From Bdellovibrio sp. (GTDB lineage Bacteria; Bdellovibrionota; Bdellovibrionia; Bdellovibrionales; Bdellovibrionaceae), in contig JAKFBS010000004.1 of the NCBI GenBank assembly GCA_036677065.1, positions 320,001 to 384,000 of the forward strand: a DNA stretch of 64,000 nucleotides. Direction: 5' to 3'. Below the pieces are notes generated by a model, which saw only the letters and a program-made list of their open reading frames with translations, had not been told where the DNA came from and searched no databases. A program made the translations under genes and the position numbers. Positions 18,407 through 28,122 of this stretch are shown here, one piece after another (position 1 is the stretch's first letter; each line of letters begins with the position of its first letter).

Positions 18407-21118
18407 TTATACTTTAAATACTTTTTCAATAATTTCTGTTTGTTCAATCTTGTGACGGTAGATTGAGCCTGTTGCCGGAGATGCACGGTCTGGGCGACCG
18501 ACATAACCAAACTGAGCTTTTGAACCGATCTCAGTTAACAGTGTCGCAAACTTGAAATACACATAACTGAACGCGCCCATGTTTTGTGGCTCTTCTTGCG
18601 CCCAAATAACTTTTTTAGCATTCGGGTATGATTTCATGATTTTATTCACTTTCCAGTGAGGAAACGGAGAAATCTGTTCTAATCGAACTAACGCAGTTTT
18701 CGTGTCATTTAATTTTTCGCGCTGTTCTAGTAGTTCGTAATATAATTTACCAGATACAAACACGACTTTTTCTACTTTTGAATTATCAGTTAACAATGTG
18801 TCTGCTAATACTTCTTCGAAAGTGCCATTAGCAATTTCGCTGATCATGCTTGTTGCGCGTGGATGGCGAAGTAAAGATTTCGGCGACATCACCACTAGTG
18901 GTTTTCTGAAATCACGTTTTACTTGGCGGCGCAACGCATGGAAAATTTGTGACGGTGTAGTTAAGTTCACAACTGTCATATTATTTTGTGCTGATAATTG
19001 TAAGAAGCGCTCTAATTTTGCAGAACTGTGTTCAGGGCCTTGGCCTTCATAACCATGAGGTAATAAAAGAACTAAGCCTGACATTTGCTGCCATTTAGAT
19101 TCGCCAGCCGCTAAAAATTGATCGATGATAATTTGGGCGCCGTTTGCGAAATCGCCGAACTGAGCTTCCCAGATAGTTAAAAAAGACGGGTCTGTGATTG
19201 AATTACCGTATTCAAAACCCATTACGGCGTATTCAGATAAAATAGAATCGTAAACGCAGAAATTTGTTTTTTCAGAATTTAATTGTTTTAACGGAAAGTA
19301 AGATTCATTTGTTTTTGTATCGTAAAAACCTGCATGACGGTGAGTGAATGTACCACGCACGCAATCTTGACCGGTTAAGCGCACTGATTGGCCTTCGTTA
19401 ATTAAACTTCCGTAAGCTAAAAGTTCTGCCATACCCCAGTCGCAAGGTTCTTTGCCAGCGGCTTGTTGTTTACGTTGTTCAATAAGCTTAGGTAATTTCG
19501 GGTGAAGATTAAATCCAGCAGGAACGGTAGCGATTTGTTCGCCGACTTTTTGTAAAGTCGCAAGATCAACTGAAGTCTTTGTTGGTTTTTCCATGTCTTC
19601 GGTTAAACCTTTTTTAAGCCCAGCCCAAGCGCCTTCGAATTTAAAAGTTTTAACTTTCGGAGCTTGTTGTTTTGCAGAGTCGTAAATTTTTTGTAGATCG
19701 TTCATGCGATCAGTTAAAAGAGAATCAGTAAAGTTTTGATCGGCAACGTTTGTTGAAACTAATTGTTTTGCGTAGATCTCGCGTAAGGTCGGGTGTTTTT
19801 TGATGATATCGTACATTAACGGCTGAGTGAATGCAGGTTCATCACCTTCATTGTGACCAAATCTACGGTAACAAGTTAATGTGATCACGATATCGCGACC
19901 CCATTCTTGGCGGTAACGAACAGCGATATCCATCGCGCGAACACATGATTCAACATCATCACCATTACAGTGTAATACCGGAATCGCTAAAGCTTTAGCG
20001 ACATCAGATGAATAATGGGCTGAACGCGCGTTTTCAGGATTAGTTGTGAAGCCTACTTGATTGTCGATAATTAAATGAATTGATCCACCAACAGCGTAAC
20101 CACGAACGTGCGCCATTTGTAGAGATTCCATCACAACACCCTGGCCAGCAAATGCAGCGTCACCGTGAATGATTAATGGAATTACTTTTTTGCGATCTTT
20201 AGTGTCTAGGCGTTTTCTTTGCGAAGCACGAGCCATGCCAAGAACAACAGGGCCAACAGCTTCTAAGTGTGAAGGGTTAAATGCTAAATGACATTCAACT
20301 TTACCAGTTGGTGTGTCTTTAGTTTTTGAATAACCTAAGTGATACTTTACATCGCCGTCGTAATCTTCTAGCGGTTTTTCTAATTCAGTAGGGCCATTGA
20401 AATCGGCAAACATTGTGCCGACATCTTTATCCATGAAATTCGCTAATACATTTACGCGACCACGATGGGCCATGCCGACAACGATCTCTTCAGTTCCCAA
20501 AGCTGATGCGCTTGTTACTAAATGATCCATCATCGGAAGCGTGGCATCCGCGCCCTCTACAGAGAAACGCTTTGTTCCAACGTAACGAGTGTGGATGAAT
20601 TTTTCTAAACTCTCAGCGCGAGTGACTGATTTAAGAATTTCTTTTTTTTGATCGGCAGACAATTTGAAAGTTGGAGAATTTTGTTCAAATTCTTTGATAA
20701 ACCAATTTCTAACTTCAGGTAACGCTTCAGCAAACTGGGCTGTCAATTTACCGCAGTAAGCAGAGCGCAAGTGCGCGATGATTTCTTTTAAAGTTGAATT
20801 TGGTTTACCAACGATAGAGCCGATTTGGAAAGTTTGTTCTAAATCTTTGTCAGATAAATTAAATTTATTTAATTTCAGCTGGTCATTATGCGCCGGAGTG
20901 TTCGTTAACGGATCGATATCCGCTTCGTAATGACCGTATGTGCGGTAGGCATTAATTAGATTGTAAACATCTAATTCTTTTTCAGAGACGCCAAAGGCGC
21001 CGTCCTTCATGAATTCAACGCCTTCGAAAAAACGTTTCCACTCAAGATCTACAGAATCCGGAGATTTTTTAAATTGGTTGTATAATGATTCGATATATTC
21101 AAGGTTCAAATGATTCAT
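18407..21118 (-). CDS. sucA: 2-oxoglutarate dehydrogenase E1
   Basis: [57 protein letters not shown]. Confidence 0.98.
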   Translation of the reverse strand: MNHLNLEYIESLYNQFKKSPDSVDLEWKRFFEGVEFMKDGAFGVSEKELDVYNLINAYRTYGHYEADIDPLTNTPAHNDQLKLNKFNLSDKDLEQTFQIGSIVGKPNSTLKEIIAHLRSAYCGKLTAQFAEALPEVRNWFIKEFEQNSPTFKLSADQKKEILKSVTRAESLEKFIHTRYVGTKRFSVEGADATLPMMDHLVTSASALGTEEIVVGMAHRGRVNVLANFMDKDVGTMFADFNGPTELEKPLEDYDGDVKYHLGYSKTKDTPTGKVECHLAFNPSHLEAVGPVVLGMARASQRKRLDTKDRKKVIPLIIHGDAAFAGQGVVMESLQMAHVRGYAVGGSIHLIIDNQVGFTTNPENARSAHYSSDVAKALAIPVLHCNGDDVESCVRAMDIAVRYRQEWGRDIVITLTCYRRFGHNEGDEPAFTQPLMYDIIKKHPTLREIYAKQLVSTNVADQNFTDSLLTDRMNDLQKIYDSAKQQAPKVKTFKFEGAWAGLKKGLTEDMEKPTKTSVDLATLQKVGEQIATVPAGFNLHPKLPKLIEQRKQQAAGKEPCDWGMAELLAYGSLINEGQSVRLTGQDCVRGTFTHRHAGFYDTKTNESYFPLKQLNSEKTNFCVYDSILSEYAVMGFEYGNSITDPSFLTIWEAQFGDFANGAQIIIDQFLAAGESKWQQMSGLVLLLPHGYEGQGPEHSSAKLERFLQLSAQNNMTVVNLTTPSQIFHALRRQVKRDFRKPLVVMSPKSLLRHPRATSMISEIANGTFEEVLADTLLTDNSKVEKVVFVSGKLYYELLEQREKLNDTKTALVRLEQISPFPHWKVNKIMKSYPNAKKVIWAQEEPQNMGAFSYVYFKFATLLTEIGSKAQFGYVGRPDRASPATGSIYRHKIEQTEIIEKVFKV

Positions 21119-21243
21119 GAATTAGCCTCTCAAAACTTTTGCATGATATTTTATGTTTTCGCTCTTGATTGTGTCATAAAGATCAGACAAACTTAAGCCA
21201 ATTTTTCATATATTTTTTCAATTATTTAGAGAGGAAATTTCTC

Positions 21244-22011
21244 ATGAGTAACCCAACAGCTAAAACACACAAATTAGTCATCGTTCGTCATGGAGAGTCT
21301 CAATGGAATCAAGAAAATCGTTTTACTGGTTGGAAAGACGTAGATTTGTCTGAAAAAGGACGCGCAGAAGCGCAAAAAGCTGGCAAATCATTGCTAGAGC
21401 AAAAATTCGATTTCGATTTGGCGTACACAAGTTCTTTGACACGAGCTATCAAAACTCTAAATTCAATCCTTTCAGAAATGGATTTGAATTGGTTACCAGT
21501 GATTAAAGATTGGCGCCTAAATGAACGTCACTATGGTGATTTGCAAGGTCTGAACAAAGCAGAAACTGCAGCAAAACATGGTGAAGACCAAGTTAAAATC
21601 TGGCGCAGAAGTTATGACACTCCTCCTCCGATGATGGCAAAAACAAATCCTGAACATCCGATTCACGATAAACGTTATAAAAATATTAATCCTGAATTAT
21701 TGCCTTCAGGCGAATCACTAAAAGATACAGTGGCAAGATTTTTACCTTTATGGAACGAACAGATTTCTAAGGATGTATTAGCTGGTAAAAAAGTTTTAAT
21801 CGCGGCTCATGGAAATTCATTGCGTGCATTGATCCAACATTTAGAAAAAATGACGCCTGAACAGATCATGGAAGTCAATATGCCAACGGGTATTCCGATG
21901 ATGTATGAACTTGATGATAAATTAAATGTGATCTCGAAAAAATTCATCGGTGATGCTGATGAGGTCGCAAAAGCAATGGAAAGCGTTGCTAATCAAGGAA
22001 AGAAAAAATAG
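21244..22011 (+). CDS. gpmA: 2,3-bisphosphoglycerate-dependent phosphoglycerate mutase
   Basis: RHGESQWN, RLNERHYG, WRRSYD, AHGNSLR; start set at ATG 21244 after a GAGG RBS. Confidence 0.97.
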   Translation: MSNPTAKTHKLVIVRHGESQWNQENRFTGWKDVDLSEKGRAEAQKAGKSLLEQKFDFDLAYTSSLTRAIKTLNSILSEMDLNWLPVIKDWRLNERHYGDLQGLNKAETAAKHGEDQVKIWRRSYDTPPPMMAKTNPEHPIHDKRYKNINPELLPSGESLKDTVARFLPLWNEQISKDVLAGKKVLIAAHGNSLRALIQHLEKMTPEQIMEVNMPTGIPMMYELDDKLNVISKKFIGDADEVAKAMESVANQGKKK

Positions 22012-22013
22012 TT

Positions 22014-22967
22014 ATGAAAAATTTGGCAGCACTTAGTTTAGTTTTTTTATTCGCTTTTTCGTCAGAAGCGCAAATTAAAAAAACTTATGAACGCGTAAAG
22101 CAAGCTGTTACTGGTTCTGCAAAGATTTCACAGCCACATTATTTTCCGGTGCAATGGGAATTTCTTTTTTCGCTGTCGGCAGATATGACTAATATTGACG
22201 TTAATACGAAATCTGTTGGTCTAACAGTTTCGAAGTATAAAAATAGCCAACAAAATGTAGCTGCAAATTTTACGTTGGGTTTAACTGACTCTTTATTCGT
22301 TGGCCTTGAAAGTGGCTATACTCTGAAAAATGAATATTCATACAGTTTGCCTGCGGCTGCTAGTGAAAATTCAACGGGAATGACTGATCCTACTTTAAAT
22401 ATTGTTTTTCGCGCAGCTGATTTAGATAGTGCTAAGCTAGATTTGAAACTTTCATTTCAACCCATGCTTGGTGATTCTAAATTAGGTGATTCTACTCATG
22501 ATGGAAACGGTCTATACGGCGCCAACGTGACCACACTTGGCGGAAAAGTTGTTTTTCTTGCAACGCAAGCGTCGCAACTTTTTCTGTCTGGAGAATACAA
22601 GTTAATCGGCAAAAGAAATCTTTTAGATCAATCTGTTAACGAAGTTACAGAAGTCGATGCCCACAACGGCACGGAATTCCAGGTCGGTGTTTTAACAGAG
22701 ATCGACAAGGATGCTTTTTTTGGACTTAATTTTACTGTTTCACACGAAGATTCAACAGATTCTACAAATCTAAGCACGAATCAAAAAAGCGAATCTGAGT
22801 CGCTGGATCTTAAAACCTTACATTTAGTTGGTAAGTACGAATTCACTCCGGATACGAGCCTTGAAGTGCAGGTAGGTCATCTTCTTGAGGGTAAGTCCGA
22901 AGGTGATGGTTTGGAATCTGATGTTGAAGCTAATAGCTTGGGTTTCAGCTACTTAGTCCGTTTCTAA
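22014..22967 (+). CDS. Putative outer-membrane beta-barrel protein
   Basis: Signal peptide (SSEA|Q), alternating amphipathic strands, C-terminal FSYLVRF. Confidence 0.7.
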   Translation: MKNLAALSLVFLFAFSSEAQIKKTYERVKQAVTGSAKISQPHYFPVQWEFLFSLSADMTNIDVNTKSVGLTVSKYKNSQQNVAANFTLGLTDSLFVGLESGYTLKNEYSYSLPAAASENSTGMTDPTLNIVFRAADLDSAKLDLKLSFQPMLGDSKLGDSTHDGNGLYGANVTTLGGKVVFLATQASQLFLSGEYKLIGKRNLLDQSVNEVTEVDAHNGTEFQVGVLTEIDKDAFFGLNFTVSHEDSTDSTNLSTNQKSESESLDLKTLHLVGKYEFTPDTSLEVQVGHLLEGKSEGDGLESDVEANSLGFSYLVRF

Positions 22968-23129
22968 ATCCTTACAAACGTGGTCCATACGTTGCTCTTA
23001 AATTCTATGTCATAGCAAAGCGTAAGAAAAGTAAGGCTTAAAACAAATTTACATTGTTTTAAGGTCTGAATCTAACGCCTGCGGAGTGACTAATTTGAGA
23101 CACTGTCAATTAGGTTGACGGAGGAACGT

Positions 23130-25373
23130 ATGCTGAAAAAAGTCGGAATGTCATTATTAGTAATACCACTGGTTATGGGAAACCTTGCCCATGCTGCTGA
23201 TGGTATTTCGGGTCCTGGGCCGCAAGCTCAGCAAGCCGTAAATTTCGATCATGCAACTGATGCTAAGACTTCGATTTCACAGCAAATGGTTCTTTTTGAA
23301 ATGCCGCCTGAATATGAGTGTCCGCTATTTTCAAATTCTCCGTACACTGAAATTTTAAGTTCGTTAGATAGAATGCAAGAAAATTTAAATTCGACGTTTC
23401 CACAGTGTGATATGAAAGCGCAAAATGAAAAAGTCGCGCAAAAAGCGGTGGCTTTAAGAAATTCAGTATTTGAAGCTAAAAAATTACAAGAATCTGGTCA
23501 GACTTTTAAATTAGAAATGACGGCACAAACGATGGTAGATGCCGCTCAAAAAATTCAAGAAACATTGGCTTTGGCTGCGCAATCACAAACGAAAGTTTGT
23601 TACCGAAGCAACCAACAATTTAGAAATGTAGTTTTCTCGATCAATGAAACGTTTCAAGGAATTGCTCCCGTTGTTCTTGATATGATTGCAAAAAATCCAG
23701 TTTTAGGGGCTAAGCTTGGCCCAGCAGTAAAAATTTTAGCTGGCGCTGATGCACTTTCTAAAGGTTTAGGTTTTGTCGAGCAAATCGCGCAAGATTCAAT
23801 TATGTTTGATATGACTGATCAAAATAATCGTGTAAACACTTTGAAAAACGTTTGTCAGTACATGAAGCTTTACCGTCGTCTTGATTACATGCGCAGTCTT
23901 AAACTTGGACAAATTCAATCGGTGTACGCCGGCTACCAAAGTCGTATTCGTGATTTAAATCAAAATATCACAGACTACCGCCGTAAAAACAGCATGTCTG
24001 TATCGCCAACCAACGCAGCTGCTGTAAAACAACAGGCCTTTGAATTAGCAGGTATTGATGAATCTGATCCAAATTACCAGTTATTCAAAAGCTTAAAAAC
24101 TTTATTACCTGATGAGCTTAATAAATTACAAAAAGCACAGTATGATCTTGAGTTAGCGGCAAAAGATCTTCAGCGTCCTGAAGTGGCTCAGTGCCAACTT
24201 ATTCAGTCATCTAAGCTTTCGGTGACATACAAAAAGACCTTAGAAAAACTTATTGAATTTAGTATGACTTGGGCTGACCAAATGGGTGGATCACCAGATT
24301 CAGCTGCGGCAATTGAAGTTTTAAAAAGCCAGTTAGATGCTTATGATGAATACTTCGCTGAAGCGAAAGCATCTAAAAATCTTATTGAGTGTGTGAAGCT
24401 TGGCCAAGACTGGATTAAAATTTCTTTAGAACTATTAAGTACAGGTCAAAAGATTGTTCATATGTTTGCGCAAGAGCAGGCTGAATTACAAACTGAAAAA
24501 GATTCTATTAAAGAAAAAAGCTTATCTAAAAAAGAACGTGAAAAGCAAAACGTACAGACTAACTTAGCTAGTTTAAAATCTATGATGCAATATGCAGCTT
24601 TTGAATCTAGTGAGATTGAAAAGCGCGCTAAAGATATGCACCGTTATTTTTTTCGGGGTCCATTCTATAACGAAGTTAAATCGGCTTGTTCGGATGATCC
24701 AAATTGTGGCTGGTGGCAAAAAACTGTGGGCGGAGTAAAAGCCGCTTACCAATGGCAGCGTAATAATGGCCCGATTTACGAATTACTTCGTAACAATGAC
24801 CAACATTTTAATAATGCCTATAATCAGATGAATGAAGCGCGTGCGAAGCTAAATGTGTTTGAATATCAATTCGCTAAAGCTGATTACAAAGGTGTAACTA
24901 AAATGGGAACGATGGAAGCTATTTTAGCTCGCGGAAAATTATACGGTCAGCGGTTAACGCATTTATCTTTAAAATACATTAAAAAGGGATCGCCGACGCA
25001 TCAAAACCTTTGTATGAATGCGCGCCAAGTGTTGGATAAATACTTAGTGGCTTCGACTCACATGATGAGCAGCCAAGCGCTTTGCAATATGGTGTATCCG
25101 GCTTTAAAAGAAAATAATGTAGCGTCAGCTTTACGTGACTATTGTATTCCGCGTGCCGGGCGTACAGAAGCCACTGATAAGGCTTCAAAACTGCAACAGC
25201 TAATTTATACTTTAATTGGTGAGGGTGAAAGCAAAAAACGTTGGGTCGTCTACTTTGGAGATACTCAGGCGCGACAAATTGATGTCAGCAATGAAAATTC
25301 GCCGAAAGCTCTAGTTGATAAACTGATCGAAAAATACGACAATCTTGAGTGTGAACAAAAATCTGGTTTTTAA
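23130..25373 (+). CDS. Large secreted helical/coiled-coil hypothetical protein
   Basis: Signal peptide (AHA|A), GGAGG RBS before ATG 23130, heptad-like segments, many Cys. Confidence 0.75.
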   Translation: MLKKVGMSLLVIPLVMGNLAHAADGISGPGPQAQQAVNFDHATDAKTSISQQMVLFEMPPEYECPLFSNSPYTEILSSLDRMQENLNSTFPQCDMKAQNEKVAQKAVALRNSVFEAKKLQESGQTFKLEMTAQTMVDAAQKIQETLALAAQSQTKVCYRSNQQFRNVVFSINETFQGIAPVVLDMIAKNPVLGAKLGPAVKILAGADALSKGLGFVEQIAQDSIMFDMTDQNNRVNTLKNVCQYMKLYRRLDYMRSLKLGQIQSVYAGYQSRIRDLNQNITDYRRKNSMSVSPTNAAAVKQQAFELAGIDESDPNYQLFKSLKTLLPDELNKLQKAQYDLELAAKDLQRPEVAQCQLIQSSKLSVTYKKTLEKLIEFSMTWADQMGGSPDSAAAIEVLKSQLDAYDEYFAEAKASKNLIECVKLGQDWIKISLELLSTGQKIVHMFAQEQAELQTEKDSIKEKSLSKKEREKQNVQTNLASLKSMMQYAAFESSEIEKRAKDMHRYFFRGPFYNEVKSACSDDPNCGWWQKTVGGVKAAYQWQRNNGPIYELLRNNDQHFNNAYNQMNEARAKLNVFEYQFAKADYKGVTKMGTMEAILARGKLYGQRLTHLSLKYIKKGSPTHQNLCMNARQVLDKYLVASTHMMSSQALCNMVYPALKENNVASALRDYCIPRAGRTEATDKASKLQQLIYTLIGEGESKKRWVVYFGDTQARQIDVSNENSPKALVDKLIEKYDNLECEQKSGF

Positions 25374-26541
25374 TTTTAGTTTAGTGAATGAAAATTTCGA
25401 TGGTCATACGCCGAAAATGGCGATGATCATCGAAAATGGCTTGATCTCATGGCTTGGTCCACAAAATAAAATCCCTAAAAAAGTAAAATTCAAAAAAGAA
25501 ATCGATTTAAAAAAGAAAAAGGTTTTACCTGCTTTTATCGAATGTCACACGCATTCATTGTTTGCTGGTTCTCGCGCCGATGAATTCGAACTGCGCAATA
25601 ACGGCGTAAGTTACTTAGAAATTGCTAAAAAGGGTGGGGGTATCCTATCCACAATGAAAAAAACCAGAACGGCGTCTGTTAAAGAGCTCTTAGCCAGCAC
25701 GCAAGAGCGTGTAAATAACTTTATCAGACAAGGTGTAGCCACTGTCGAGATTAAATCTGGCTATGCCTTAGATTTAAAAAACGAGATTAAATCTTTAGAA
25801 GTTATTAATAAAATTAAAACAGCGCGGGTGATTCCTACTTTTCTTGGCGCCCATGCAAAGCCTCCTGAGTATGATTCTTACGGAAAATACTTAGAGTATT
25901 TAGCTAAAGAAGTTTTACCTATCGTAAAAAAGAAAAAGCTTTCAAACCGCGTTGATATTTTCATTGAGAAGAATTTTTTCGAAGTTCCAGAAGCCCGAAC
26001 GTATTTAGCTGCAGCAAAAAGACTTGGCTTTGAGGTTACGATTCACGCCAATCAATTGTCGTTATCTGGCGGGGCAGAGCTGGCTTTAGAATTACAGGCT
26101 CAATCTGCAGATCATGTGATTCATTTAACGGATGAAACGATTCAATACTTTGCGCGCAACAAAACTGTGGCCGTATTATTACCAGCGGCCGACTTATATA
26201 TGAAGTGTCCGTATCCACCAGCACGCAATTTAATAGATAGTGGCGCGACAGTCGCACTGGCTACAGATTACAACCCTGGAAGTTGCCCTACGCAGGATCT
26301 ATCTTTAGTAGGATTACTTGCGCGCTTAGAAATGAAAATGACGCTGCCTGAAGTTTTTAAAGCTTACACAATCAATGCAGCATGCGCTTTAGGGATTGAC
26401 CATGAAGAAGGGTCATTGGCTGTCGGCAAAAGAGCTAATTTTATTTGCACTGATGCCGAGCTTTCTGACTTTTTCTATTCAGCGGGTGCAATGCCAAGTC
26501 ATCAACTTTTCATTCTAGGAAAGCCAACTTTAGTTGAGTAA
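25345..26541 (+). CDS. hutI: Imidazolonepropionase
   Basis: PAFIECHTH, GGGILST, EIKSGY, FLGAH, HANQL, SADH, ATDYNPGS; exact start uncertain (TTG 25345 or GTG 25351). Confidence 0.95.
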   Translation: MSVNKNLVFNFSLVNENFDGHTPKMAMIIENGLISWLGPQNKIPKKVKFKKEIDLKKKKVLPAFIECHTHSLFAGSRADEFELRNNGVSYLEIAKKGGGILSTMKKTRTASVKELLASTQERVNNFIRQGVATVEIKSGYALDLKNEIKSLEVINKIKTARVIPTFLGAHAKPPEYDSYGKYLEYLAKEVLPIVKKKKLSNRVDIFIEKNFFEVPEARTYLAAAKRLGFEVTIHANQLSLSGGAELALELQAQSADHVIHLTDETIQYFARNKTVAVLLPAADLYMKCPYPPARNLIDSGATVALATDYNPGSCPTQDLSLVGLLARLEMKMTLPEVFKAYTINAACALGIDHEEGSLAVGKRANFICTDAELSDFFYSAGAMPSHQLFILGKPTLVE

Positions 26542-26594
26542 TTTATCGCCAAATTACACGTGGCGTCTTAAAATTTAAGATTCTTACATTTTAG

Positions 26595-26623
26595 TTGTAT
26601 AAGGGGTGCAGTCTTTCTAGGCT
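26595..26623 (+). promoter_or_regulatory. Putative sigma70 promoter for a leaderless transcript
   Basis: TTGTAT-17nt-TAGGCT, then 6 nt to ATG 26630. Confidence 0.55.
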
Positions 26624-26629
26624 CACGTT

Positions 26630-27049
26630 ATGGCAGCAAGTTATTCTTCTTTTTTAACGACGCAATATTATAGTCCGGTATTTAATACCGCTTTATTCGA
26701 TGGCCCTTTTCGAATTTATTTTTCGCAAAGTTATGAGTCTGTCGCTTTAAAGATTTATCACTTACTGCAAACCCAAGATTTAGGGCTTTGGACTGAATAT
26801 AAAAAATGGTCTGAAAAAACTAAAAAGCACGCTTTTATTTTAATTTATCCATCGCCACAAGACTTAGCTGTCGCTTTCGATGGTGAAGCACAAGCTCCTT
26901 TAATGAATCGTCTTTGGGATGAAGGCTTGATTCTGGGCTTTGCAAATTCTCACTCAGATGACGCTTTTCCGGTAGTTTACCAAAGCATTCTGACTCAACT
27001 TAAGAATTTTATCGCCACAGAAAAAACCAATCTGAATTTACAATTCTAA
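26630..27049 (+). CDS. Hypothetical protein
   Basis: 139-aa ORF filling the gap, with a promoter-like sequence upstream; no recognised motif. Confidence 0.7.
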   Translation: MAASYSSFLTTQYYSPVFNTALFDGPFRIYFSQSYESVALKIYHLLQTQDLGLWTEYKKWSEKTKKHAFILIYPSPQDLAVAFDGEAQAPLMNRLWDEGLILGFANSHSDDAFPVVYQSILTQLKNFIATEKTNLNLQF

Positions 27050-27100
27050 AACGTCACATTAATCCTGTTGTTTTCTAAAATTTGTTCTTATACTTAAAGT

Positions 27101-27325
27101 ATGCGCTTGAATAGTCGTGGACAGGTTATTGTCGAATATTTATTAATCATGGTTCTTATGGTGGCAATCGCCGCGACGTTGACTAAAAATTTAGTGGGCC
27201 GTGGTGATGATGGCAATCAAGGTGTTATTGTTAAAGCTTGGAGCCGCATGGTTAAGGCGATCGGTAACGATTTACCAGATTGCGCCAAACAACAGAACTT
27301 CAACACAGCTAATTGTCCTAATTAG
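27101..27325 (+). CDS. Small Flp/TadE-like pilin (class III signal peptide)
   Basis: SRG|QVIVEYLLIMVLMVAI with Glu5-Tyr6, 74 aa, C-terminal Cys pair. Confidence 0.8.
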   Translation: MRLNSRGQVIVEYLLIMVLMVAIAATLTKNLVGRGDDGNQGVIVKAWSRMVKAIGNDLPDCAKQQNFNTANCPN

Positions 27326-27342
27326 GTAAAAGTAACGCCGTA

Positions 27343-28113
27343 CTAGATAAATCCAAAGCCGCGTTTTTTAACTTCGGTGTTAATTCTTTTTTGCAGATTT
27401 TCTTGAATCTCGGTGGCTAATTCATGACAAAGTTCAGAATCACTCATTTTATCTGGACCAAATGGCAAAGTGACTGGTTTTTCGAAAATAATTTTCCACT
27501 TTGCCGGTAGGGGAATCACATTCAGCGGAAGCGGCAAAACTAAACCACGCAAAAATTTTGAAAACTTAAGCTGGCGCAAATTAATATTGGTCTCTTCAGC
27601 ACCCAGAATCACCGTCGGAACAATCGTCGCATCTGTAGCAAGAGCCATGCGAATAAAGCCGCGTTTGAATTCTTGCAGCTGATAACGTTTCGAAGTGGGT
27701 TTAAAATTACCGTGTTCGCCCTCTGGAAAAATCACGATCATTTGTTTTTTCTTTAGATAATTCACGCCGTTTTCAAAAGTCGCCTCGAAAAAACCAAGTT
27801 TTTGTGCAGGTAAGGCTGTCGTTTCAGTTAAAAACCATAAATGATGGGTAAGAACTCTGGGTACGCGCTGAGTTTTTTCCTGAATAATATAAGCTAATAC
27901 CATGGCATCCATTGCCGTAAATCCTGAATGGTTCGGCGCAATGATTATTGGTCCGCTGGTGGGGATATTTTCTACGCCTTCAACTTCAATGCGAAAATAT
28001 TTTTTTAAAATCTCCATGAAAAGTCGCGGAAAAACTTTATATAGCAACTCGTCAGCACCGAGTGACTTTAAATTGAATACTTTTTCGTTGGGTTTTTTTA
28101 AAAAATTGATCAT
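27343..28113 (-). CDS. Lysophospholipid/PlsC-family acyltransferase
   Basis: NHSG...D, IFPEG, FKRGFIRMAL, IVP motifs; start moved to ATG 28113 to avoid overlapping glpK. Confidence 0.9.
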   Translation of the reverse strand: MINFLKKPNEKVFNLKSLGADELLYKVFPRLFMEILKKYFRIEVEGVENIPTSGPIIIAPNHSGFTAMDAMVLAYIIQEKTQRVPRVLTHHLWFLTETTALPAQKLGFFEATFENGVNYLKKKQMIVIFPEGEHGNFKPTSKRYQLQEFKRGFIRMALATDATIVPTVILGAEETNINLRQLKFSKFLRGLVLPLPLNVIPLPAKWKIIFEKPVTLPFGPDKMSDSELCHELATEIQENLQKRINTEVKKRGFGFI

Positions 28114-28122
28114 GATATTTCT

